From: Candidatus Woesearchaeota archaeon
GTDB taxonomy: Archaea; Nanobdellota; Nanobdellia; Woesearchaeales; JASKKU01
Length of the DNA stretch: 48,707 bases
Reading direction: 5' to 3'
Assembly: GCA_030154045.1 (NCBI GenBank)
Contig: JASKKU010000003.1
Location: forward strand, 1 to 48,707
Shown here: piece by piece, positions 1 to 10,189 of the stretch
Position numbering within the stretch: the first letter of the stretch is position 1
Layout of the letters: the number at the start of each line of letters is the position of its first letter
Made by a program: the position numbers and the translations under genes
Notes under the pieces: model-generated
The model's input: the letters and a program-made list of their open reading frames with translations, nothing else
Told to the model about the DNA's origin: nothing
Databases searched by the model: none

Positions 1-327
1 AAAATTGCTGAAATTATAGAGAAACTCCATGAGAATGATATAATTCACCACGACTTAACAACTTCAAACTTTCTGTGGGATGGAGAAAAACTTTATCTTA
101 TTGACTTCGGCTTATCTTTTTATTCTCATAAAATAGAAGATAAAGCCGTAGACCTACATCTATTGAGAAGGGCTTTAGAATCTAAGCATTCTGAGTTTTA
201 CGAAGAGTTCTTTGAAGAAATAATAAAAGTTTATAATCCATCACAAAAAGAAAAAATCTTAAAAAGGTTAGAGCAAATTGATTTGAGGGGCCGGTATAAA
301 CAAAAAAAGCCTAAAGAGGTGTTATGA
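1..327 (+). CDS. bud32: Bud32/PRPK-type protein kinase (KEOPS subunit), C-terminal fragment; 5' end lies outside the window
   Basis: Frame 1 is open from base 1 to TGA at 325-327. The translation contains IIHHDLTTSNF (kinase catalytic loop HxDLxxxN) and LIDFGLS (DFG), followed by a short C-lobe typical of Bud32. Confidence 0.7.
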   Translation, partial: KIAEIIEKLHENDIIHHDLTTSNFLWDGEKLYLIDFGLSFYSHKIEDKAVDLHLLRRALESKHSEFYEEFFEEIIKVYNPSQKEKILKRLEQIDLRGRYKQKKPKEVL

Positions 328-849
328 ATGAAAGTGCTTTTTATGAGTGATACTCATGATAATGTTGAAATTGCTAAAGATATTGCTAAGGTTTTCGAAG
401 AAAAAGGTGCTGAGGCCTTTATCCATTGTGGAGACATAGTCAGTGGAAAAATGGTGGAAGCTTTAAAAGATGCAGGCCTAAAAAACGGGATCTTTATACA
501 AGGGAACATGGACAAACCAAATCTTGAAGAATTAAAAAAAGCAATAGAAAATGCAGGTTTCCAATTTGTTGGCGAAAATAGTGAAATAAAGTTTGAGGAC
601 GAAGAAAACAAAGATAATTTCTTAGCATATGTCACTCATGGCGATAACGCGCTCATTATAGAAGAGGCAGTTAGATCGGGCAAATTTGAATTTATCTTCC
701 ATGGTCACACCCATAAAAAGAATGTAAAAAGTGAAGGTAAAACCACAATAATAAACATTGGAGCTTTAAGTAAAGATACGCCTGAAGATGAAAGGGAAGT
801 CTTAATTTTAGATACTGTAATAAAGAAATTCGAGTTTGTAAAGGTTTAA
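328..849 (+). CDS. Metallophosphoesterase (YfcE/MJ0936-like phosphodiesterase)
   Basis: 173 aa. Ordered motifs MSDTHDN, CGDIVS, QGNMD, THGD, HGHTH match the calcineurin-like phosphoesterase signature. The ATG directly abuts the upstream stop. Confidence 0.8.
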   Translation: MKVLFMSDTHDNVEIAKDIAKVFEEKGAEAFIHCGDIVSGKMVEALKDAGLKNGIFIQGNMDKPNLEELKKAIENAGFQFVGENSEIKFEDEENKDNFLAYVTHGDNALIIEEAVRSGKFEFIFHGHTHKKNVKSEGKTTIINIGALSKDTPEDEREVLILDTVIKKFEFVKV

Positions 850-873
850 TAATCTTTTTTATTCTTAAAGGTT

Positions 874-2082
874 TTAAGGTATGTTTTTTGAGAAATTTCT
901 TAATTTTACCTTAGAGTAATCAGTAATCTTTTTTGCATTCATTTTTACAAAAATCGTTGAAAACAATTGGCTCAAGACTATAAAACCTATCAAAAGATTA
1001 ATTGTTTCTTCTGGGAAATTTCCTGTTAATGCAATTGTTAAGATTATGACAACTGTAACTACACCTTTAGGAGGCAAGAAGGTTATGAAATGTTTCTCTA
1101 GTTTTGAAAAGGTTGATTTTCTCAAAGCGAGAAGAACTGCTAGCCATCTCATTAAGAGATATGTTCCAAAAATTAAGGAAAGCTCTAAGACAAATTTCCA
1201 GTTTATCAATTTAACCTTGAATAGAAAGCCTATTAATATAAAAACAAATATTTCTAAGATGTCTGAAATAACACGGGAGTACTGTGAAAGAACAAACTTG
1301 TTCTTAATAGAAACTGTTCCATAAAATAAGCCTAAAGTAGTCACTGCAAAAACACCATTACCTGAAAGATATTCTGCCAAGCCATAAGCCAAAAGGGCAG
1401 CGGTTATAAGTGCTAACGGAGACAAACTTGCAGAATAGCTCTTTCGCATAAACTTGAAAAACACTAAGCCGATAACAAAACCTGAGCCTATACCTACAAT
1501 GACCTGAGATAGGAAAGCTGTAAAAAAAGTTGTCAAAAGCTCTCCAGAAACTGGTTTAAAATTAACAAAATCCAAGAAAACGATAGGCGCTAATACGGTA
1601 ATCGGGGAATTGATTATTGATTCTACAAACAAGAGCTTAATAGACTTGTTCCTTACATTTGGTAAAAATTGAGCTACTGCTGAGGGATCTGTGCCTACAA
1701 GAGTGCTTGCAAAAACTAAAGAAAGTACTAGATTTAAACCAAGGACAAAGTGCACAAGAAGAGATACTGTTATTAAAGTGAAGATAACTGAAAAAAGCGT
1801 GATAAGGCCTGCATCTGTTGATAAAGAATCAAAATCCTTTATTCTAAATCTGGATGTATATGAAAAAATAATTAAGACTAAAGCAATAGTGCTAATTGTT
1901 GAAACTAAAGTTAGATCATCAAAAGGCGTTTTTTGACTAAAAATAGGCAAGTTTGCTAAGAATATGCCGGCCAGAATAAGTAAAAGCATATTTGGAAGTT
2001 TTATCTTGTTTGAGATTAATGATGATAATAATCCGAAAAAAAAGATCACCCCTATTGCGAGTAATATAAAAAGTGGGTCCAT
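874..2082 (-). CDS. Monovalent cation:proton antiporter (NhaP/CPA1-like Na+/H+ exchanger)
   Basis: 402 aa, hydrophobic throughout (about 11-12 predicted TM spans). LVGTDPSAV resembles the conserved TM motif of the Na+/H+ exchanger family. Confidence 0.65.
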   Translation of the reverse strand: MDPLFILLAIGVIFFFGLLSSLISNKIKLPNMLLLILAGIFLANLPIFSQKTPFDDLTLVSTISTIALVLIIFSYTSRFRIKDFDSLSTDAGLITLFSVIFTLITVSLLVHFVLGLNLVLSLVFASTLVGTDPSAVAQFLPNVRNKSIKLLFVESIINSPITVLAPIVFLDFVNFKPVSGELLTTFFTAFLSQVIVGIGSGFVIGLVFFKFMRKSYSASLSPLALITAALLAYGLAEYLSGNGVFAVTTLGLFYGTVSIKNKFVLSQYSRVISDILEIFVFILIGFLFKVKLINWKFVLELSLIFGTYLLMRWLAVLLALRKSTFSKLEKHFITFLPPKGVVTVVIILTIALTGNFPEETINLLIGFIVLSQLFSTIFVKMNAKKITDYSKVKLRNFSKNIP

Positions 2083-2164
2083 TATTACTTACCTCGGTCT
2101 GAAAGATTTATCTTATACTGAAACTCGGAGAGTTGTTTTTTATTTTTTGCGAAAAAAAGCATAT

Positions 2165-2812
2165 TTAAATTTTTTCTAAAACAACCACTTCACAAAAATC
2201 CTTGCAAAGCTGCGCAAATTTTTCTGCGTCTGTCTGAGAGCCGACAATAGTTCCATAATGCATAGGTATTGCATATCTTGGTCTTACCCTTTTGCATAAC
2301 TCAGCTGCTTCTTCTGCATCCATCACATAAGTTCCACTAACAGGAATCATTAACACATCTATACTATTCAAATTAAGAAACTCTGGAATTACATCTGAAT
2401 CCCCTGTATGAAATAATGTTGTTTCGCCATTGAACGTTAACTTATAGCTTACCCATTTCTTTTCTTTAGGATGGAATGGTTTATTGGTATTGTATGCAGG
2501 GAAAACTTCGATCTTTAGATGGTCGTTTATATGGAAGAACATGCCTGGTTCAACAATATAAACCTTGCTTGCATTAATGCTTACATCCTTTGGTGCATAA
2601 ATCCTTGTTTTCTCAGTCTTAATTTTATTAATATCTTCCAGACTAAAATGGTCGTAATGCGAATGAGTTATTAAGATAACATCTGCCGGTTCTGTAACAT
2701 CTATTTTATAAGGATCAATGTAAATTCTTCTACCTGATTTGTTGTTATAAATCCTAAAAGATGCATGACCTAGCCATTCTATAACTAGATCATTCAACTC
2801 AAGCCTTTTCAT
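2165..2812 (-). CDS. Metallo-beta-lactamase-fold hydrolase (UPF0173-like)
   Basis: 215 aa. ILITHSHYDH is the HxHxDH zinc motif, with later H/D ligands (HTGDSD, PMHYG). Confidence 0.8.
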   Translation of the reverse strand: MKRLELNDLVIEWLGHASFRIYNNKSGRRIYIDPYKIDVTEPADVILITHSHYDHFSLEDINKIKTEKTRIYAPKDVSINASKVYIVEPGMFFHINDHLKIEVFPAYNTNKPFHPKEKKWVSYKLTFNGETTLFHTGDSDVIPEFLNLNSIDVLMIPVSGTYVMDAEEAAELCKRVRPRYAIPMHYGTIVGSQTDAEKFAQLCKDFCEVVVLEKI

Positions 2813-2816
2813 GATT

Positions 2817-3413
2817 TCACCTCATTTTGTATTTAAATATAACTTCTTGTATTTTACTTAGGTTCCATTTAACAGAATCTATCTTATTACGTAAAGAACC
2901 TGAGTAGTTCGTAAATTGTAGCAAATGATAATAAATTTTCTTGACGATTTCTTCAATTTCTACAATCTCATCAACCCTGTCTTTTATAGAAAGTTTAACA
3001 GAAATCCTGACTAATTCTCCTGAGACATCACACAATCCTTTCAGATAATCCTCAAAATTAATTATGTTAAGCAAGTCAACCTCTATATAATCATCTCGTT
3101 TAAAAATGTCACAGAGAACATTATAAAGAATATAAGATTCAGAAAATTCTTGGATTGATTCGGACAACGCTCCAATGTGGGCTAAAACAGCACGGTCATG
3201 GGAATCATAAATCTTTTTTATTAATTCAAAGTTAGACAAGATTAATTCTCTCGATTTCTTGAACTGAAAATCGTTTAACAGAAAAATAGCTTTCTTTGAA
3301 TCTTTTAATATGACCCTAGATTTTTTTATTATGTTCTCTCTAAGATTATCAGAATCAACAATTTGTTTTTTAAAATTATTTAAAAGGGATAAAAGTTCCT
3401 TTGTAAAACGCAT
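2817..3413 (-). CDS. Translin-family protein (putative)
   Basis: 198 aa, all-helical. C-terminal YLKGLCDVSGELVR matches the translin/TRAX Y..G..D..GEL.R signature. Confidence 0.5.
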   Translation of the reverse strand: MRFTKELLSLLNNFKKQIVDSDNLRENIIKKSRVILKDSKKAIFLLNDFQFKKSRELILSNFELIKKIYDSHDRAVLAHIGALSESIQEFSESYILYNVLCDIFKRDDYIEVDLLNIINFEDYLKGLCDVSGELVRISVKLSIKDRVDEIVEIEEIVKKIYYHLLQFTNYSGSLRNKIDSVKWNLSKIQEVIFKYKMR

Positions 3414-3533
3414 AAATCTATTTTTCTTTTTAATGTTTAAAAATATTTCTGTAGGTTTTAGATAAGAAAGAATAAAAGGTACTCCAAAAAAATGCTAGAA
3501 AAGAATTAATAAGAACTAATTAGAACTAAAAAT

Positions 3534-4424
3534 TCACTCCTCAGACTTTTCATCAGAGCTTAAAATCTTTTGGTAAATCAATAAATCTTCAGTTGTTAGT
3601 TTTTCACCTTTTGAAATCTTCTCAAGCACTTCTTTTTTACGTTTCTCTAGTTCGTCGTTCTTCTCTTTTTCTACGTTTTTGGTCTTTGTTTCCTTGATTT
3701 TGTTTAGTTTATCTGATAAGTTGCTTGCTTCTTTTAATTTCTGCTTAAGAACTTCATTCTTCTCAAGGAACTCTTTCTTCTTTTCAAAAGCCTTGTCTGA
3801 TAATTCTTTCTCTTTTTCTTTTAAGGTTTCAATTTCTTTGGCTAAAGCGATAATCTGTTCATGAAGCTCTTTTGTTTTTTTGGCATTCTCTTGAATTTTA
3901 TAATGATACTTGTCAGCTTCATGTTTTATCTCTTTAATCTTCTTTTTTAAATCAAGAATCTCAAAGTAATCCTTTGCCTGTTCTCTAATCTCTTTTAGCT
4001 TTGAATTCAAGTCTCTAATAACTTTCCTTAATTGTGTTTCTTTATCCATGGAAAGAACTTCTGTTTCCAACTTAAACTCAAGTTTTCTGATTTTTCTCTC
4101 AATTACCTTAGGATTATATTTTAATTCAACTTTAGAAGAATCTCGATTCTTTCTCAATTCTTTAAGTTTTTGAGTGAGCTCTTTAATCTGTTTGTTTAAG
4201 GGGTCTCTTTTCTTCTTTAATTCTTTAATCTCATCATTAAGTGCGTCTCTTTGCTGTTTTAATTGCCTTATCTTAGAGAAGGATTCTTTGATTTTGTTAG
4301 AAATCTCTAGTTTTTGTTTAAACAAGTCTTCCTTCTCAGCGTTAAGAGCAGCAACAGCTTTCTTTAACTCTACGACTTCTTTACGCAAGTCCTTTATTTG
4401 ATTAATAAGTTCGCTCGCCACCAT
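3534..4424 (-). CDS. K/E-rich coiled-coil protein (archaeal COG1340-like), function unknown
   Basis: Long ORF with heptad-like K/E/L repeats throughout. The first ATG is at 4424 (the track start at 4430 is GTG). It lies immediately downstream of the ribosomal stalk operon on the same strand. Confidence 0.6.
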   Translation of the reverse strand: MVASELINQIKDLRKEVVELKKAVAALNAEKEDLFKQKLEISNKIKESFSKIRQLKQQRDALNDEIKELKKKRDPLNKQIKELTQKLKELRKNRDSSKVELKYNPKVIERKIRKLEFKLETEVLSMDKETQLRKVIRDLNSKLKEIREQAKDYFEILDLKKKIKEIKHEADKYHYKIQENAKKTKELHEQIIALAKEIETLKEKEKELSDKAFEKKKEFLEKNEVLKQKLKEASNLSDKLNKIKETKTKNVEKEKNDELEKRKKEVLEKISKGEKLTTEDLLIYQKILSSDEKSEE

Positions 4425-4504
4425 TATCACTCAACAACCCTAATTTAAAAAATAAAATAAACAGTCAATATAAAAAATAAAAAATTAAAACAAAAAAGCA
4501 AGGT

Positions 4505-4819
4505 TTAGCCAAACAATGCGCCTAAACCTGCTGCAGCCTCTTCTTCACTTTTCTCTTCTTTCTTTTCTTCTTTAGCTTCTTCTTTCTTCTCTTCAGCCGC
4601 AGGGGCCGCACCACTAGCAGGAGCTGCGGCTGCTACTTGCATAACACTTGCCTCTTTAATTGCTTCGTCAATATCAACATTCTCAAGTGCTGCAAGTAAT
4701 GCCTTGATTCTTGCTTCTTCAGGCTTAACACCTGCGGCCTCAAGGACTTTCTTCATATTCTCTTCGTTAATTTCCTTACCTGCTTTGTGTAAAAGCAACG
4801 CGGTATAGATATATTCCAT
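4505..4819 (-). CDS. rpl12: Ribosomal stalk protein P1 (L12e)
   Basis: [11 protein letters not shown] start, Ala/Pro hinge, E/K-rich tail ending GLGALFG. ATG at 4819 is preceded by GGAGGG (the track start at 4825 is TTG). Confidence 0.9.
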   Translation of the reverse strand: MEYIYTALLLHKAGKEINEENMKKVLEAAGVKPEEARIKALLAALENVDIDEAIKEASVMQVAAAAPASGAAPAAEEKKEEAKEEKKEEKSEEEAAAGLGALFG

Positions 4820-4821
4820 TT

Positions 4822-5664
4822 TCAACCCTCCAGTAACGCTTTAAGTACCTCTGATTTCCTTTGAGCAAGGACTATTAAATCTTTTGCTAATGCATCAGCA
4901 AATATCTCCTGTGAAAGCGCAAGGTTCCTTGCATCTCTGTGCGCATTCATAATTAGCGTCTTTATTGTTTCTTCTGTTGGATATGCAATTCCTATTGATA
5001 AAGCTATCGAATCTCTTACAGCGTTAATGATATCCTCGCGATATTTAGTCTCATCAACATACAAGGTCTTACTGTCAAAGACAACTCCATCCTCGTAAAC
5101 AGCTCTTAAATCTAAACCAATCTCCATAGGTTCAATACCTAACCTTGTCAATACAGAAGCAACTTTTTCAGAGATAACTTCACCTTCCTTGACAACAACT
5201 TTGTCTTGCTTAATTGCTACTTTTCCTTTATCCACTCCTGCAACTAATCCTATGGAGCTTAACTCGCTAATAATTGGACCCGGAGCAAAAGGTGTAGGAC
5301 CTGCTTTTACTACAATGTCTCTTGGAGCAATTTGGCCTGCTTTAGCAGGAGCAGGAGACTTGTTCTTCTCAAGAATCTTTGCAAGTCTAAAAGGATTCTC
5401 ATCTGTTAGGATCAAACCGATCATACCATCAAAATATTTCTCTAATTCCTGTATATTCTCTTTTCCACTTTTTTCTAAAGCCAATTTAATTAATCTCTTC
5501 TTTGCTACTTTGATTGTGGCAATACCTCTAAGCTTTGCCCTCATTCTGTTAAATTGAAGAGCAGGCAGATTATCCAATCGGACTACGCCAATAGCTCTCT
5601 TGTTCTTTATTTCGTTAGTCAATTCTTCAACTACTTTCTTTTTCCATGGAGCAACATGAGCCAT
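4822..5664 (-). CDS. rplP0: Ribosomal protein uL10 (acidic stalk protein P0)
   Basis: 280 aa. [16 protein letters not shown]-terminus is typical of archaeal P0. Position is between uL1 and P1. AGGTGA SD lies upstream. Confidence 0.9.
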   Translation of the reverse strand: MAHVAPWKKKVVEELTNEIKNKRAIGVVRLDNLPALQFNRMRAKLRGIATIKVAKKRLIKLALEKSGKENIQELEKYFDGMIGLILTDENPFRLAKILEKNKSPAPAKAGQIAPRDIVVKAGPTPFAPGPIISELSSIGLVAGVDKGKVAIKQDKVVVKEGEVISEKVASVLTRLGIEPMEIGLDLRAVYEDGVVFDSKTLYVDETKYREDIINAVRDSIALSIGIAYPTEETIKTLIMNAHRDARNLALSQEIFADALAKDLIVLAQRKSEVLKALLEG

Positions 5665-5665
5665 A

Positions 5666-6319
5666 TTATCTCACCTGAATTGGTTTTCCCATCGTGGTTT
5701 TTATAAATATGCTTCGAATATTATTCTCTCCTGAAGGTAAATGATGAAGCAAGTGGTCAATTAAAGAGTAAAGGTTGTCTGACAACTCTTCAACACTCAT
5801 ATCCTCTTTACCAATCATTGTGTGTATAACTGGTGCATTTTTTGTTAATAACCTAACAGTCTTGCTTAATCTCTCTTTCATATTTGATAAATCTGCTTTT
5901 GGAGGAACAATACAGCCTGCCTTTGGGTTCGGCATCTTTCCCCTAGAACCTAGAATTCTACCAAAAGTTGCTGCGACCTTTGGCATAATGTTCGCTTGAG
6001 CAACAAAGTAATCATAATCCCGTGCAAGTTTTTTAATTGCTTTAGGGTCTTTAGCATACTTTGGAAAATCGTCAACATGAATCACGAAATCTAAATGCTT
6101 TCTTGCTTCTTCAAGAAGTTCTGTTGCAACTAAACCGCAAACTTTTACATCTTTAACTTTATGCGGTAATTGAACAAAGAAATCGACTTTTTGGTCAGGT
6201 TTTTTAATATCTAAAGATTTAAGATTTATTATAGTATCTACGCTCTGTACGAAGTTTCTCTTAGGTGAAACCTTTTTTAATTCTTCAATGGACTTTATAA
6301 TTTGTTCCTTTGGTATCAT
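5666..6319 (-). CDS. rpl1: Ribosomal protein uL1
   Basis: 217 aa with an L1-type sequence (SVDTIINLK...DFFVQLPH...RILGSRGKMPNPK). It is the first gene of the L1-L10-L12 arrangement. GGTGAGGTG SD lies upstream. Confidence 0.9.
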   Translation of the reverse strand: MIPKEQIIKSIEELKKVSPKRNFVQSVDTIINLKSLDIKKPDQKVDFFVQLPHKVKDVKVCGLVATELLEEARKHLDFVIHVDDFPKYAKDPKAIKKLARDYDYFVAQANIMPKVAATFGRILGSRGKMPNPKAGCIVPPKADLSNMKERLSKTVRLLTKNAPVIHTMIGKEDMSVEELSDNLYSLIDHLLHHLPSGENNIRSIFIKTTMGKPIQVR

Positions 6320-6334
6320 ACTTACACCTCACCC

Positions 6335-6399
6335 CTCCTACCTCTCTGGGTAGTGCTGCGGAGTATGTTTTGGTTGGAGAATTGATTCCTTTATAAAGG
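6335..6399 (-). promoter_or_regulatory. Promoter TATA element plus GC-rich hairpin leader of the uL1-uL10-P1 operon (candidate L1 autoregulatory site)
   Basis: Palindromic CCTTTATAAAGG at 6388-6399. On the mRNA strand, CUCC-GCAGCA-CUACC-CAGAGA-GGUAG-GAGG lies at 6335-6363, just 5' of the SD. It is the only GC-rich patch in an AT-rich spacer. Confidence 0.3.
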
Positions 6400-6430
6400 T
6401 TTTGGTTACAAAATATTATCATCAAATAAC

Positions 6431-7432
6431 TTAAACAATTAAATTCTTTGGAGATTTATCAATAAAGGAGATAATGTTTTCTGCAGTTGTGATAATGATT
6501 CTTTGCAAAGCTTCTTCACTATAGAATGCAATATGCGGTGTAAAAATAACATTATCTCTGCCTAAAAGTATGTGATCTTTTATCAGATTCTTAAACTTCT
6601 CAGGACTATTAGTATCATAAAGCAATTGTTTTTCTTCTTTAATCAACTCTTCTCCTTCAAGAACATCCAAGCCTAAACCTGAGAGTATTCCTTTATCGAG
6701 AGCATAAATCAAAGCATCAGTCTCAACCACAGAACCTCGTGATGTGTTTATCAAGATAGCGCCCTTCTTGATTTTAGATATATTTTTCATATTTATCAAA
6801 TGGTGCGTTTCTTTGGTGTAAGGCACATGAAGCGTAAGAATATCTGATTTTTTTAAGACTTCATCAAAAGGAGCATATTCAAAACCAAGAACCTCTGATA
6901 AAAACTTGTTTGGAAATTTATCATAAACGAGAACCTTCATTCCAAAACCTTTTGCTATTCTTACTACATGCAAACCTATTTTGCCTGCACCGATTACACC
7001 TAAAGTTTTGCCATATAGGTCAAAGCCTTTTACACTTTCATCAATGCTAAAATCATTCCTTAGAGTTTTAAGACACGACTTATACATCTTTCGTGACAAT
7101 GAAAGGATTAAGGCAAAGGTATGCTCTGCAACGGTGTTTTCCCCATAGCTTGGAACATTTGCTACACGAATACCTCTCTTTTTACACTCTTTTATATCAA
7201 TATGATCAAAACCCGTAGACCTTGTGGCTATTAACTTAAGGTTTGGCAACTGAGACAACACCTTTTTATCCACTTTTGAATAAATTGATGTTGATATTAT
7301 TGTGTAAGGTTTTGCTAGCTTAACAGTTTCTACAGATAACGGATCGTTATAAAAATCAAGACGATGGCTTCTTAACAGTTTTTTAAAAGGTCTTTTTTCC
7401 CAGTTTTTTGTTTCAAAGAAAGCGATTTTCAT
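6431..7432 (-). CDS. D-isomer-specific 2-hydroxyacid dehydrogenase (D-lactate/glycerate dehydrogenase-like)
   Basis: 333 aa. NAD-binding GVIGAGKIGLHV. Catalytic-region motifs (NTSRG, ...LDV...E, FTPHIA) match the family order. Confidence 0.85.
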   Translation of the reverse strand: MKIAFFETKNWEKRPFKKLLRSHRLDFYNDPLSVETVKLAKPYTIISTSIYSKVDKKVLSQLPNLKLIATRSTGFDHIDIKECKKRGIRVANVPSYGENTVAEHTFALILSLSRKMYKSCLKTLRNDFSIDESVKGFDLYGKTLGVIGAGKIGLHVVRIAKGFGMKVLVYDKFPNKFLSEVLGFEYAPFDEVLKKSDILTLHVPYTKETHHLINMKNISKIKKGAILINTSRGSVVETDALIYALDKGILSGLGLDVLEGEELIKEEKQLLYDTNSPEKFKNLIKDHILLGRDNVIFTPHIAFYSEEALQRIIITTAENIISFIDKSPKNLIV

Positions 7433-7531
7433 AATAATGACTTGAAAAAGCAGATTTATAAACCTTTTTATTATTCTCTAATTTTAAAAACCACAAATTA
7501 TTAATATCATCAAAAAGTTAAGATTGCGAAA

Positions 7532-8215
7532 ATGGAACTAAAAGATGCACTTTTCAAAGTTCTTGAAGAAAGACATTCTGTTAGGGATTATTTGGATAAA
7601 CCTGTAAGTTTTGATGATATTGGCTTAATCCTTGAAGCTGGAAGATTAGCTCCTAGTTCAGGGAACTTGCAGCCTTACTTCTTTATTTTAGTTAAAGACC
7701 AAGAAAAAAAAGAAAAGATTGCTGAAGCTTGCTTAGAACAGTGGTGGATGGCAAAAGCTGCATGGCATATTGTTTTAGTAGGAGATTGCGATAAATGCAA
7801 GAAGTTTTATGGAATAAGAGGAGAAAGTTTGTACTGTATTCAAAATGTGGCAATGGCTGCCGAGAATATGTTATTATGCGCACAGAGCTTAAACTTAGGA
7901 GCATGTTTTGTTGCAGCATTTGATGAGCTCAAGATTGCAAGATTACTAGATATTCCTGAAGGGTATAGGGCACAAGGCATTATAACTATAGGTTACGAAA
8001 GGAGTTCTGAAAGGAAACCTAAGGCTCAGTTAGATAAACTTGTTTACTTTGAGAGCTTTGGAAATAGACTTGAGGATGTTGATTTAGTATTAAAAAACAT
8101 AAATGTAGTTGGCAGAACGATTAATGGTTCAAAGAAGATTTCAAAGAAATTGATGGACAGAATTAAAGAAGCTGTCAAAAAAATAGATTTGAAAGGAATA
8201 AAACCTAAGAAATAA
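7532..8215 (+). CDS. Nitroreductase-family protein with a K-rich C-terminal extension
   Basis: 227 aa. N-terminal RHSVRDY and APSSGNLQP motifs are typical of FMN nitroreductases. Confidence 0.8.
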   Translation: MELKDALFKVLEERHSVRDYLDKPVSFDDIGLILEAGRLAPSSGNLQPYFFILVKDQEKKEKIAEACLEQWWMAKAAWHIVLVGDCDKCKKFYGIRGESLYCIQNVAMAAENMLLCAQSLNLGACFVAAFDELKIARLLDIPEGYRAQGIITIGYERSSERKPKAQLDKLVYFESFGNRLEDVDLVLKNINVVGRTINGSKKISKKLMDRIKEAVKKIDLKGIKPKK

Positions 8216-8286
8216 ACCCAACCAAAAATAACTTTTGTTTTTAATTTCACAATTTTTAAAAAGAGTTCTTAATCATAAGATAAAAA

Positions 8287-10092
8287 ATGTGTGGTATCGT
8301 TGGTTTAATTGGCAAAGGTTTTGAGACAAAACAAGTTCTAAACTTGCTCAAGAAATTAGAGTACAGAGGTTATGATTCTGCAGGAATCGCATATATTAAA
8401 GACAAAGAAATCGTAATTAAAAAAAGCGTTGGAAGCATTGATAAACTGATTCCAAAGGTAAAACCCATAAAGATCAACGCGGCAATTTCCCACACAAGAT
8501 GGGCAACCCATGGCATCCCAAATACAATAAACGCGCATCCTCATACTGATTGCAAAAACAAGATTGCTTTAGTTCATAACGGAATCATTGAGAATTTTGA
8601 AGAGATTAAAGAAACTCTAAAGAATAAAGGGCATGAGTTTAAGTCTGAAACTGATTCTGAAGTTATTGCCCACCTGATTGAAGAAAATTACAAAGGAGAT
8701 TTAAAAGAGGCTGTTTTGAAAAGTGTTAATTTGTTAAAGGGTTCATTTGCTTTAGCAATATTAAGTTCAGAAGAGCCAGAGAGAATCATTGGTGTCAGAA
8801 AAGGCAGTCCTCTAGTTTTTGGCTTAAGCGATGATTTCAACATACTAGCTTCTGACATTACTCCAATATTAAAGTATACAAAACAGGTTTATTTCATGGA
8901 TGACAAAGAGGTTGTAATTTTAAGTAAAAACGATTTTGAAGTTCTTGATTTTGAAGGAAATGCCATCAAAAGAGAACCTCAAAAAATCTCCTGGAATGAG
9001 GAATCTGCCGAGAAGCAAGGATTTAAACATTTTATGCTTAAAGAGATTTATGAAGAGCCTGAAACTATAAAGAATGCATTGGCTGGCAGAATTAGCAATA
9101 ATGAAGTTTACCTAAAAGAGATTAAAGACTTAAATTTAGGGGATATTGACAAAATAAAAGTCATAGCCTGCGGCACAAGTTACAATGCTGGCTTGGTTTT
9201 CAAGTATTTTCTTGAAAAGCATCTAAACATAGACATTGATGTAGAATTTGCTTCCGAGTTTAGATACAAGAAAATTTCGCCAAGCGAAAAGAGTTTAGTT
9301 ATTGCAATATCTCAATCAGGAGAAACTGCCGATACTTTAGAAAGCATAAGGATGCTTAAAGATAAGGGCATAAAAGTTATTGCAGTTTCAAATGTTGTTG
9401 GGTCAACAATTAGTAGGGAAAGCGATGTTACAATATACATAAATGCGGGCCCTGAGATAGGGGTAGCTGCTACCAAAACATATGTTAATCAATTAATAGT
9501 GCTATACCTTTTGGCATTAGAGATACTTAGAAAGAAAAATGCTTTCGACAAAGGAGTAAAAGAGGTCTTAAAATCGCTTATTGAACTGCCCGAGATAATT
9601 AAAAAGATAATCGAAAGGTCCAATATAAAGCCGCTTGCCAAGAAATATAAAAAGTACCATCATTTCATGTACATTGGCAGGGGAATAAATTATCCCAGTG
9701 CTTTAGAAGGCGCATTAAAACTAAAGGAAATTAGTTATATTAACGCTAACGCGTATCCTGCAGGAGAATTAAAGCACGGTGCCATTGCGTTGCTCAACAG
9801 GAAGTTCCCGATTTTTGCTATTGCACCCAAAGATAAATTCTACAGTAAGATGAAAAGTAATATTGAAGAATGCAAGGCAAGAAATGCAAAAATTGTTGCC
9901 ATAACCTCTGAAGGAAACAAAGAGTTGGAAAAAATCTGCGATGATGTAATATATGTACCTAAAGCAAATGAAGATATATATCCCATAATAATCTCTCCAA
10001 TAATACAGTTATTTGCATATTATATCTCTAGCACACGAGGATACAACCCTGACAAGCCTAGAAATCTTGCTAAAAGCGTTACAGTAGAATAA
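8287..10092 (+). CDS. glmS: Glutamine--fructose-6-phosphate aminotransferase
   Basis: 601 aa. MCGIVG Ntn-cysteine start, two SIS-domain regions (SQSGETADT), and the canonical C-terminus AKSVTVE. Confidence 0.95.
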   Translation: MCGIVGLIGKGFETKQVLNLLKKLEYRGYDSAGIAYIKDKEIVIKKSVGSIDKLIPKVKPIKINAAISHTRWATHGIPNTINAHPHTDCKNKIALVHNGIIENFEEIKETLKNKGHEFKSETDSEVIAHLIEENYKGDLKEAVLKSVNLLKGSFALAILSSEEPERIIGVRKGSPLVFGLSDDFNILASDITPILKYTKQVYFMDDKEVVILSKNDFEVLDFEGNAIKREPQKISWNEESAEKQGFKHFMLKEIYEEPETIKNALAGRISNNEVYLKEIKDLNLGDIDKIKVIACGTSYNAGLVFKYFLEKHLNIDIDVEFASEFRYKKISPSEKSLVIAISQSGETADTLESIRMLKDKGIKVIAVSNVVGSTISRESDVTIYINAGPEIGVAATKTYVNQLIVLYLLALEILRKKNAFDKGVKEVLKSLIELPEIIKKIIERSNIKPLAKKYKKYHHFMYIGRGINYPSALEGALKLKEISYINANAYPAGELKHGAIALLNRKFPIFAIAPKDKFYSKMKSNIEECKARNAKIVAITSEGNKELEKICDDVIYVPKANEDIYPIIISPIIQLFAYYISSTRGYNPDKPRNLAKSVTVE

Positions 10093-10189
10093 AGAACAAG
10101 AAATGCAAGAGATAAAAACAAAAAAGAAAAATCAAATATTAAAAAACAAATAAAAACCAGTTAAAACAACTAAAAAGACAAAAAAATAA

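Noticed and set aside
3679-4401. Plus-strand ORFs 3679-3864 and 4174-4401, and similar antisense ORFs elsewhere (354-635, 1046-1324, 1691-2179, 5189-5557, 11906-12316, 30435-31547, 46264-46485, and others)
   Set aside because: They are antisense to longer genes with clear homology. Their S/L/F-rich translations are typical of reverse-strand reading of K/E-rich or hydrophobic genes.
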